Positions 27,050-37,679 of a stretch of DNA of 64,000 nucleotides are shown here, in pieces. Within the stretch, counting starts at the first letter, position 1. Each line of letters starts with the position of its first letter. Location: assembly GCA_051294375.1 (NCBI GenBank), contig CM119264.1, positions 1,099,923-1,163,922 of the forward strand, written 5' to 3'. Below the pieces are notes generated by a model. That model saw nothing but the letters and a program-made list of their open reading frames with translations, made no database searches and was not told the DNA's origin. The DNA is from Paraspadella gotoi (Eukaryota; Animalia; Chaetognatha). The position numbers and the translations under genes are program-made.

Positions 27050-27523
27050 CAAACGGTGATTCCAATGTGTTGCGCCGCAGTGACGTGTATTTCCCTTTGA
27101 TCACACGATATCACATGACTAAAAAACTTTCTTTGCCCGTGTATTTATTTAAATAAGACAATAAATAAATGAATGAAACCCACACATGTTTATACGGATT
27201 TCAACAAAGATTCAATCGAGATTCCACAACAAGAGTTTGTTCCTAACACATGCACTGCATCGAAATTACGTCTTTTATTCCTTTTTAGTTTTAGGATTTC
27301 CTGAAGGCGGCGCAAGCAGTCACTTGGATTTGAGGTGTTTTTCTGTCTTAACAACTCACTATGGGCAAATTATGCGCATTTTTAACGTTAGTGGGACAGA
27401 CCGACGGAGAGACATTCCGACCGATCGACGGACTGACCGACCGACAGACCGACGGAGAGACATACCGACCGACCGACTAAACTTATGGAGTTGCTTCGCG
27501 AGTACTCGCGGCGCAACTAAAAA
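27050..27523 (-). mobile_element. HINE-like family 1 copy
   Basis: GTTGCGCCGC subTIR, TTTTAGGATTTCCTGAAGGCGGCGC core, GACAGACCGAC repeat, CGCGAGTACTCGCG palindrome plus GCGCAACTAAAA. Confidence 0.72.
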
Positions 27524-28180
27524 TGTAAAAGTCAGAGAAGAGGGAAAACCGATTGTGATGTGAATAATGAAAAAACTGTGAAACAAATGATTCTGGATTC
27601 TTTGAATTAAGAAATCATTCTCAGTGATGACATTTTGTTATATATTGTATATTGTATCTTTAATATATATATGTTATTATTTGGCGATATTTTCCCAATT
27701 TTTTTGTGAATAATTTGATACTAATTCAACTTTCGGTCCATTTACAAAATCTGGACATTTTGCATAAAAAAAATAAATAAAAATAAAACTATTAAATATA
27801 GAATTAGTACGAATACAGGAACTTCAATCTGGATGGAAAGCTGCTTGTCATTATCTTGTTAGAGTGATGAAGCCTTTTCAAAGTCATTGGTTGTACCAAT
27901 TTTATAATATGACATAAAATTATCTCGTATCCTTACTTCGATGATACAAGGAAGTAAGAGAGAAAGACTATGACAATTTTCAATCAAGAAACCATGTGAC
28001 CATTGTTTTATAATGCTTGTCCTTGTTTAGATAACTATTTAAAATTTATGGTTTAAAATGAGAAAATAAAAAAAACAGACGAAAGGAATAATTAGCTTTG
28101 GTGAGTAAATACAACAAAGAAAATAAAAACGGAAAGAAAATTGAGAAAAAGATTAAAGGAATAAAGAAAAAGGGAAAAGC

Positions 28181-28214
<34 letters not shown>

Positions 28215-28267
28215 GGACGGGTGGAATTATGAGAAGGCAAATTAGAAAAAGGGATTATCTGTGCTGG

Positions 28268-28314
<47 letters not shown>

Positions 28315-28437
28315 ATTATCGATGTACAATTTAAAGAAAGCCTTCGTCATTTTCGGACTTAATTCGAGCAAACTGCGGTTTAACCGTTTCTTACTGTTCT
28401 GTTGAAAGCTGCGACGCATCAACGCCGATTATCAGCA

Positions 28438-28503
<66 letters not shown>

Positions 28504-29139
28504 GAGAGAGAAGAGAGAGAGATCGCTCGGAAAAGGCTTTGAAAACGTCTTAAATCGGGCTCAACAAAAAAAAAAACCGCACCGCAAAAAATGGCGCTCG
28601 AAAAAGCGTAAAGGAAGAATTTTAAGGCTTTTTGCCTTTGTTTTTTTTTTGGTTTTTTTTTTGCTGCAAAAGAGAGAAAGAAAGTCGAGTCTTTTTTTGT
28701 GTGAGTGTGTGCGTGTGTATATATGTATAGAATAATTTTTACTTCGTCTCAAAAAGTTGACCTTTTGTTTGCTCCGCTTTCGCGAGTTTCTCTCTCGTCA
28801 TATTTTAATTCAGTTCACAAACGATTTCACTCCACGTTACTGTTTTTGCTGCTTCGAATTTAATGCCTGATTTTCTGCTTATTCAACGCCTTTTATTCTC
28901 AAGTTAAAATGCCTATTTTCTATGCTTATGTAAGCGCCAAATTTCTATAAAGTTCCACGTGTTCAAAAGCGAATTTCTTTTATTCTTTGAAACAAGATGA
29001 TCATTTTGTCATCATCGCTATCATCGCTGATGTCATCAACGCTATCATCGCTGTTCTCATTATCGCTATCATCGCTGATGTCATCGTCGCTAGAATCGAG
29101 TTCTATCATTAACATCATTGAATGAAAGAATACATGTTG

Positions 29140-29189
<50 letters not shown>

Positions 29190-29719
29190 TGCTTCTTCGT
29201 CGTCCTCCTTGTCGTCGTCTTTGTCATCGATTGCCAGAACTGATTCGACCATTACGAGCCACTGGCCCATAAAAGGCCACAAGTTGGCCAAATGGCCTCC
29301 TAATCGCCGATTAGGGGCCATTGACATCGGAATAACGACAGAATAAATATTGGTTCATATTTTCTTTTTTGGTTAAAATATCGTTTCATTTTTTAAGGTG
29401 ATTCGTGGTCGTTATAGTTGTAGTCGTCGTCGTTGTCGTCATCGTCGTCGTCGTCGTCGTTTTTCGCACGGTCGTGATAACCGGAGTGAACTTGTGAAAC
29501 GCTGTGAAGAATAAGACCAAAGAGAGATATCGACGACGACGATGATGATGATGATAATGATGAATATGATGATGATGATAAAGATGAAAATGATGATGAT
29601 GAGGATGATAATGATGATGATAATGATGTATTTGACGGCGTAATAATAAAACAAGAAGCACAACGATTCTCGTGACATAAGTAGCTACGGAGGTGACAAC
29701 GGAGCGACGAACGTGACTG

Positions 29720-30222
29720 CGTTGCACTGAGCGTTGCAACCGTAGCACTGAGCGTTGCAGCCGTAGTATTGAGCGTGGCAGCAGTAGCACTGAGCGTTGC
29801 AGCCGTAGCACTGATCGTGGCAGCCGTACCACTGAGCGTTGCAGCCGTAGCACTGAGCGTTGCAGCCTTAGCACTGAGCGTGGCAGCCGTCGCACTGAGC
29901 GTTGCCGCCGTAGCACTGAGCTTGGCAGCCGTAGCACTAAGCGTTGCACTCTTAGCACTGAGAGTTGCCGCCGTAGCACTGAGCGTGGCAGCCGTAGCAC
30001 TGAGCGTGGCAGCCGTAGCACTGAGCGTTGCAGCCTTAGCACTGAGAGTTGCCGCCGTAGCACTGAGCGTGGCAGCCGTAACACTGAGCGTGGCAGCCGT
30101 AGCACTGAGCGTGGCAGCCGTAGCACTGAGCGTGGCAGCCGTAGCACTGAGCGTGGCAGCCATAGCACTGAGCGTGGCAGCCGTAGCACTGAGCGCGGCA
30201 GCCGTAGCACTGAGCGTGGCAG
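29720..30222. repeat. 21-bp minisatellite (GCACTGAGCGTGGCAGCCGTA)~24
   Basis: Direct inspection; the indel-free period gives the repetitive ATLSATA / LRLPRSV ORFs. Confidence 0.95.
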
Positions 30223-30334
30223 CGTCGGAGTCGCGACGAGAAACAGGAAATGAAAAGTTTCGTTGAAGCGAAAGACATGGAAAAGGCGATGACGACGATG
30301 ATGATGATGATGACGATGATGACAATGATGATGT

Positions 30335-30367
<33 letters not shown>

Positions 30368-31049
30368 CGAAGAGGGTGACGACGATGATGATGACGACGA
30401 TGATGACGATGATGATGATGATGACGATGATGATGACGACGACGATGACGACGACGACGATGATGATGACGTCTGCGATGACAACAAAAATATATCCTTT
30501 CTATTTAATTTTTTTAGTATATAATTTCAAAATTGTTATATTTTTTTTTCCAAGTTGATTTCGAGTGAGTTTGTAATGATTATAGATTATAGATTAAGTA
30601 AAGCCTTTATAAAATATAAATATAGTAAATAGTGAAAGAAGTAATTTTTCAAATTTTCATAGATATATCGTATTTGATTTCATTTTAGTCAAGATGGAAT
30701 TTTGTGAGGGCGGAAAGAAATAAATTAAATCTTAAAATCCAAGCTTAGAAACCATCTTATCAGATAATTACATAAATTGTATTATAAACTTGGAAACAAA
30801 TGATGAAACCGTTAGGAGAATAGAAAAAAATAGAAAAAAACATCAAAAACTTAAAAAAAAGAATTTTTCCAAAAATTATTAAATATTAAAGAGCGAATAT
30901 TAATTTTTTTCCTCTTCAGTCTAAAGCCGAAAGCTTTTCTCGGCCCCGGGGAAATTCCCCGCCGCCGCTGCAGCCGCAGACACCGCCGACGCCGCTGCAG
31001 CAATCTCCGCTGAAGCGGTCGCCGTAATTTGACAACTTCGATTCCAAAG

Positions 31050-31303
31050 CTACCACTCTGTTTACCCACTCTGCTTACCCACTCTGCTTACCCACTCTGT
31101 TTACCCACTCTGCTTACCCACTCTGCTTACCCACTCTGTTTACCCACTCTGCTTACCCACTCTGCTTACCCACTCTGTTTACCCACTCTGTTTACCCACT
31201 CAATTTACCCACTCTGCTTACCCACACTGCTTACCCACTCCATTTACCCAAACCGCTTACCCACTCTGCTTACCCACTCAGCTTACCCACTTTACTTACC
31301 CAC
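31050..31303. repeat. 13-bp minisatellite (CTGCTTACCCACT)n
   Basis: Direct inspection. Confidence 0.95.
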
Positions 31304-31689
31304 GCTCATTGCAATTCAATTCAGTCTCCATCATCGTTGCTGCCACAAGATTACAAATTATCCCTAGAATTATTAAATTTTTTTACATTACAGCGTTTTG
31401 GTATTTTAATATTTTACAACCTTGCTTAAAGATTGATTTGTAAAATTTTTGACTTTTTGATCCTACATTTTGGAATTTTTGTATTCTAACATTTTAAAAA
31501 CATCATTGGGTACATTTTAGCATTTCATCAACATTTTAAAAATAAAGATTTACTTTTATGTTCAAATCGTGTTCAAATCGTCTTTGACTATTTATAGTTG
31601 AAGTTATGACATTTGGTATTTACAGTCATTGTATTGTCTCTTTTCTTATAAAATTATCATCGTATTGATTTTACTTTCGTTTCGTTGTG

Positions 31690-31835
31690 TTTTAGGAATT
31701 TTATGAAAAACAGTTTAGATAGTCAAACAACGATTTTATTGACAAATAAGTCGAACATGTTTTCGACTCTTATTTAGATCGAGACTTCATCAGCGTTTTA
31801 CTTAATCAACAATTTTTTTCTTTTTAACAATGAGT

Positions 31836-31869
<34 letters not shown>

Positions 31870-32185
31870 GAGAGAGAGATCTTTGTTATACATTGCTAAA
31901 TGTAATTATATTTTCTCTCTCTCTATCTCCCTGTCCTTACCTTCAACTATTCTCAAATTTTGACCACTGTCCTTTTCTCACTCTTTGTTGGAAGCTTTCC
32001 CTATCTCTCTCTGTCTCTCTCTCAGTCTCTCTCTCTCTGTCTCTCTCTCTAACTAAATGTTAAAGAGAAAAATTGTTGATGAAGCAAAACGCTCATAAAG
32101 ACTCTATAAATAAGAGTCGAAACATGTTCGACTTCTTTGTCAAAAAAATCGTTGTTTGACTATCAAAACTTTTCCTAAAACGATT
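31690..32185. mobile_element. Non-autonomous Penelope-like element: two pLTR-like arms in inverted orientation, each with a hammerhead (plus-strand core mutated to CTCATAA at 32092)
   Basis: 31690-31850 is the reverse complement of 32040-32185. The internal CCTTACCTTCAAC...TGACCACT...CTTTGTTGGAA block is shared with 21078-21140. Confidence 0.72.
31750..31799 (-). ncRNA. Hammerhead ribozyme variant (minus strand)
   Basis: The reverse complement reads AAAACG-CTGATGA-A-GTCTC(gatctaaataa)GAGTC-GAAA-ACATGT-TCG, followed by an AAAATCGTTGT tail. Confidence 0.7.
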
Positions 32186-32589
32186 ATCATCATAGAATTA
32201 ATAAAATAAAAGCTTACATCCGTCATTCCCCTATTTTTATATCAATCTCTGGTTTTCTAAACTGAGTTAATTTCAAGAACTGTGATTCCTAGTTTCGAGA
32301 ATCTTTCTCTACTAACATGATTTCCACGAATTCGGAGGGACGGACCGACCCACGATTTTTTTTTATTAATATCAAAAACAATATTAACAAAACTAATATA
32401 ATATATTTGTGGATAAGGCGCTAAGTGAGCTGAAGATACATATTAATGACGACCGACAAATTCGGACGGAGGAACCGACGAAAATTATTAATTATTTATT
32501 AATTATTATTAATAATAAATTATTATTATTATAAATTATTACACAATAGAACAAGGTATGGTGGACTAAAATCAACCAACCGCTCATCA

Positions 32590-32662
32590 GCGGCCATTGG
32601 TGCCGGAGGCAAGTCGTTCGCCTCCCAACCCAAAGGTCCGGGGTTCTCGCCCGGTGGCCGCC
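32590..32662 (+). pseudogene. tRNA-Gly(CCC)-like pseudogene or SINE head
   Basis: Perfect 7-bp acceptor stem GCGGCCA/TGGCCGC spanning 72 nt; CTCCCAA anticodon loop; CCGGG/CCCGG T-stem with a degenerate loop. The anticodon stem is poorly paired. Confidence 0.5.
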
Positions 32663-32930
32663 TCGGATCGGGAAATCTCCGCAGATACGGAATCGCCGAA
32701 TCGTGATTGGTGTAGGTACGATCGGCCTCGACCAATCAGCTTGCAGAATGAAAGGAACTGTCAAAATGACTCTTGCTTCTGATCCTCTTCTCTAGATATA
32801 AATAGACCTAGTTTTCCTTAGTTTCAGTAGATTTGATCTGGACTCCAGCGTGGGTCTCACGTCACCATTATTATTCTCAAAATAAATCACGTCTAATTTC
32901 GTCCATAGAAATCCATGAGTTTTTCCTTCA
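32662..32930 (+). mobile_element. LTR-like module (CCAAT, TATAAATA, AATAAA, ends ..CCTTCA) followed by a tRNA-Leu primer-binding site
   Basis: Related copies at 39190-39505, 45165-45305 plus 48108-48221, and a minus-strand fragment at 55042-55125. The 3'-intact copies end in TTCCTTCA-ATG-TGGT. Confidence 0.6.
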
Positions 32931-32933
32931 ATG

Positions 32934-32978
32934 TGGTGGCAGCGGTGGAATTCGAACCAACTCCTCCAAAGAGACTGG
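32934..32978 (-). pseudogene. 3' half of mature tRNA-Leu(AAG/TAG-type) including CCA (extended PBS)
   Basis: The minus strand CCAGTCTCTTTGGAGGAGTTGGTTCGAATTCCACCGCTGCCACCA matches, at 41/45 positions by eye, the conserved metazoan tRNA-Leu 3' half as recalled (CCAGTCTCTTCGGAGGCGTGGGTTCGAATCCCACCGCTGCCACCA). Duplicated at 33304-33348. Confidence 0.8.
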
Positions 32979-33009
32979 AAAAAAAAAGAGAGAAAAAAAA
33001 AGAAAGTTG

Positions 33010-33185
33010 CACTGAGGCCACCGCCTCCTATCATTTAGGCCTGCCGCCTCCTATCACTTAGGCCTGTCGCCTCCTATCACTTAAGCCGCCGGCCCCTATC
33101 AATTCGGCCTGCCGTCCCCTATAACTTAGGCTTGCCGCCTGCTATCACTTCGGCCACCGCACCCTATCACTTCGGCCTCCACCGC
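33010..33185. repeat. ~23-bp repeat (GGCCTGCCGCCTCCTATCACTTA)n; the block is duplicated across a gap at 33303-33582
   Basis: Direct inspection. Confidence 0.85.
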
Positions 33186-33193
33186 AAACGATT

Positions 33194-33236
<43 letters not shown>

Positions 33237-35338
33237 TCGCTTCATTATTAACGGGAAACTCGGCGCCTCGTTCTCAGCCGTGCACGAATCTCNNNNNNNN
33301 NNGTGGTGGCAGCGGTGGAATTCGAACCAACTCCTCCAAAGAGACTGGAAAAAAAAAGAGAGAAAAAAAAAGAAAGTTGCACTGAGGCCACCGCCTCCTA
33401 TCATTTAGGCCTGCCGCCTCCTATCACTTAGGCCTGTCGCCTCCTATCACTTAAGCCGCCGGCCCCTATCAATTCGGCCTGCCGTCCCCTATAACTTAGG
33501 CTTGCCGCCTGCTATCACTTCGGCCACCGCACCCTATCACTTCGGCCTCCACCGCAAACGATTTCGCCGCCGCCGCCGCCGCNNNNNNNNNNNNNNNNNN
33601 NNNTCTTTCTTTTTTTTTTTTAAAAACGTAGAGATTTATATTCGTTCCAAGGTTTCGATTTTCAGACATACTTTAAGATTCAGACGAGACAGAAAGACCT
33701 TGAAAGCGATAGACCGACAGACAGAAATACAGACAGACAGACAGACAGACAGAAAGACAGACAGAGAAACAGAAGGAGAGAAAAGCCAGGAAATGAAATA
33801 AATTTTATCAAATAAAATAAAAAATGAAACGAAAATGATAACAAATAAAACAAATTATGAAACCAAATTTTAAAAAAGCAAATGAAAATGAAATGAAATG
33901 AAATTAAATTATATGAAATGAAATAAATCAAAAATGAAATGAAATAAATTAAAAATGAAATGAAATAGAGAGAAGGTTGACGGAAAGAAAACAAAAGGAC
34001 CGCCCAATCTGAATTACTCCTAGACGAAAGAGAAAAAATTGTGACTGGGAAAACGCAGCTGGGGAAACAAGAGGCGTCGGCTGAGGCGGCGGGAGGCGGC
34101 GGCGGGAGGCGGCGGCGGAAGGCGGTAGGGTGCCGAAAGACGCGGCGGGACGCGGCGGGAAGCGGCGGCGGTGGCGGTGGGAAGCGGCGGCGGTGGCGGC
34201 GGCGCTCAAATCACCCAAGGCGCTCAAAGCAAACATGTCGGCGTAAGAGAGAATAGCATAATGATAGTGATAATGATAATGATAATTATGTCTTATAATA
34301 ATAATGAACTATCATTGTAACGATGATAGATTATTGATGTGATGTTAACGAATTAATTATGCTGCCTTTTCTGTTACCCAAGTCGCTGAAGTGGACAAAG
34401 GTGAAAGGGGAAAAGGGAATAGAGCAAAGAGCTAAAGGCAAAGGAAAAAGGGCAATGGGCAATGAGTTAAAGGCAAAGGGAAAATGGCAATGAGCAAGAG
34501 CTAAGGGCAAAGGGAAATGGACAAAGGGCAATGGGTTAAAGGCAAAGGGCAATGGAAAAAGGGCAAATGGGAAAATGGAAAAGAGAAGAAGTTAAGGGCA
34601 AAGATAAGAAGCTAAGGGCAAAGGAAAAATGGCAAAGAGCAAAGAGCTATGGGTAATGTGATGGGAAACGGGAAAGATCACAAGGCATAGGGCTAAAGGT
34701 TTAAGGAAAAAAAGCTAAAGGCAAAGGGAAAAGGAGAAGGGCATTTTGGATCAATCAATTAAAAAAGGTAAAACATTATGACTATAATATGTGATTATTG
34801 TTGTTTTTTTTTTAATTTTACCTAGAAGGAAAATCGCCTTCTTTCATCATCAAAACTGAAAACTAAATTGTTTATTAAACGAAAATAAAAACGAACGAAA
34901 TACAACAAAAATAAAAATTAAACGAAGACGGGAACTCAAAACAAAATATTCGACGCGCGTCTGAAATAAGGGCGGGCGAGAGGATATTGATACGATGGCG
35001 ACATTAATGTAAGGAGAGAGAGAGAGAGAGAGAAGAGAGAGAGGAGAGACAGAGAGAGAGAGAGAGAGGAGAAAGAGAGAAGAGAGAGAGAGAAAAAGAG
35101 AGAGAGATGGAAATATTGGAAATGGGTTTTGAATGGACAAAAAATGGTGATAAAAAAGATTTTTCAAAGAAACTTAGAAAACAAAATTTTGTCACAACTG
35201 GGCTGAAAGTAGTTTTGTGTTATGAATATCATGTTTTGTAGTTTTAAGCATCTATATCGCATTTTTACTATATTGCTAACTAGGAAAAGGTAACTATTTT
35301 TATCCTTTGTTCTCTTTATTTCTCTCGCGATCTCTCTG

Positions 35339-35369
<31 letters not shown>

Positions 35370-35603
35370 NNNNNNNNNNNNNNNNNNNNNNNNNNNNNNN
35401 NNNNNNNNNNNNNNNNNNNNNNNNNNNNNNNNNNNNNNNNNNNNNNNNNNNNNNNNNNNNNNNNNNNNNNNNNNNNNNNNNNNNNNNNNNNNNNNNNNNN
35501 NNNNNNNNNNNNNNNNNNNNNNNNNNNNNNNNNNNNNNNNNNNNNNNNNNNNNNNNNNNNNNNNNNNNNNNNNNNNNNNNNNNNNNNNNNNNNNNNNNNN
35601 NNN

Positions 35604-35639
<36 letters not shown>

Positions 35640-35970
35640 TCCTTCCTTTACTTAATGGAAAAGAAGATCCATTCTCCGTAGAATCGTTCGTCCAGGGAAT
35701 TTTAAAAAAAAGGAAAAAAGAAAAAGAGAATGAGAATAAAAAGATGAAAAAAAAACTTAAATTATCAGAGAGAGTGAGAGAAAGAGAGAGTGAGAGAAAG
35801 AGAGAGAGAAAGAGAAAGAGAGAGAGAGAGTGAGTCAGATGGAGAGAGAAAGAGACAGTGAAGCCTCATGTCTTGTTTGAGCGAGAAGGAGCATTCACTG
35901 CAAGGCCCAGTATCATTTGCATAATTCCACGGTTTTCAACGCGTAAAAACTGAACAGGCCGCTCAGTGTC

Positions 35971-36063
<93 letters not shown>

Positions 36064-36067
36064 CTCC

Positions 36068-36229
36068 TCACATGGCCCATTTTGGCCTCTGCACCAGACA
36101 TGCCACAGGCCTATCTCTAGCCATCGACATTTTTATCCGCATCAAATTCCATTCATTCTTTTTCGCGTCGAATCTTTCGATCGTCGAGAGATTTCGCTCG
36201 CATCGACCACCAATCGCGTAAATCGATCC
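36068..36229 (-). CDS. KLHL exon 12, last kelch repeat and stop
   Basis: GSIYAIGGRCERNLSTIERFDAKKNEWNLMRIKMSMARDRPVACLVQRPKWAM*; TGA at 36070-36068. Confidence 0.9.
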   Translation of the reverse strand, partial: GSIYAIGGRCERNLSTIERFDAKKNEWNLMRIKMSMARDRPVACLVQRPKWAM

Positions 36230-37132
36230 CTGGAGGGAAAACAAATGAACAATTCATTGTCGAATTATGCAAAGGGATAGGAAAGGATAGGAATAGGATA
36301 GGAATAAGATAGGATGGGATAGGATAGGATAGGATAGGAGAAAATATGATAGAATAGGATAGGATAGTATAGGATAGTATAGGATAGGATAGCATAGGAT
36401 AGGATAGGATGGGATAAGATATGATAGTATAGGATAGTATAAGATAGGATAGCATAGGATATGATAGGATGGGATAAGATATGATAGGATGGGATAAGAT
36501 AGGATAGGATGGGATAGAAAAGGATAGGATAGGATAAGATAGAATAGGATAGGATAGTCGAAGATAGGATAGTATAGGATAGGAGAAGATATGATAGAAT
36601 AGGATAAGATAGGATAGGATAGGATAGTTCGATAAGAAAAACGAGGATCGGAAATAACAATAATTGATTTTAATCGACCGGTTTTTTTTTCTTTTTTCTT
36701 TCCTTTGGGTTTTGCTTTGATATTGATTATTTTTAGTTGCGCCGTGAGTACTCGCGCAGCGACTCTATAAGTCACTTCTCGGTCGATCTGTCTATCTGTT
36801 GGTCGGTCGGTCGGTGTGTCTGTCCGTCGGTCTGTCCCACTTACATTAAAAATGCTCATAACTCGCGGAGAGTTGCTCATTTGTTAAGAAGGGAAAATCT
36901 TCGAATTTTAGTGACTATTAGCGCCGTCTCCAGGAAATCCTAAAACTAAAAAGATTAAAAGAATTCTCGATGTAGCACGTGTCATAAATACACAGGCTAA
37001 GAAAGTTTTAGTAGTCGTGTAGTCATGTCATGTCATGTAGTTGTGTTATCACGTGAAAATAGAGTCTCTGCGGCGCCACACATTGAATAAACCGATCGTG
37101 TTTTATTAACTTCTTTCCTTCATTCCTTTTTA

Positions 37133-37183
<51 letters not shown>

Positions 37184-37648
37184 CCCAGACCAACTAAAAT
37201 AAAGCATTCCATCGCGTCGAGACTGAAAAATATTTTTTCCCGAACGGGATTCGAACTCGGGACCTTGTGTTCGACGACGGCGTGCTGTGTCCTCGCCTGT
37301 CGCATTTCCGCCACCGCAACCCACGCGCCTGTTATGCTGTTAAAGCGTTCGACGGTTGGCGTGACGCCATCGACGGTACGACCTCCGATGGCGTAGAGGT
37401 ATCCGCCTACGATGACGCAAAGAAATGTCTCTATCTCTCTCTTTCTCTATTTCTATCCGTCTCTCGCTCTCTATCTCACCACAGACGCAGAGTGCCAGGC
37501 CCGCTCTTCCTTGGAGCAAATGAGGCGCTTCTCTCCATTCATCCAACTGGGCGTCGTATTTCTCGACCGACTGAGAGAGAGAGAGAAGAGGAGAGATAGT
37601 GACCGAGAGAGAGAGAGAGAGAGAGATGGAGATGGAGAGATGAAGAGA

Positions 37649-37679
<31 letters not shown>

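Noticed and set aside
33303-33582. Direct repeat of 32933-33230 as paired LTRs
   Set aside because: It is an exact copy immediately across a 10-N gap, most simply a scaffold overlap artefact.
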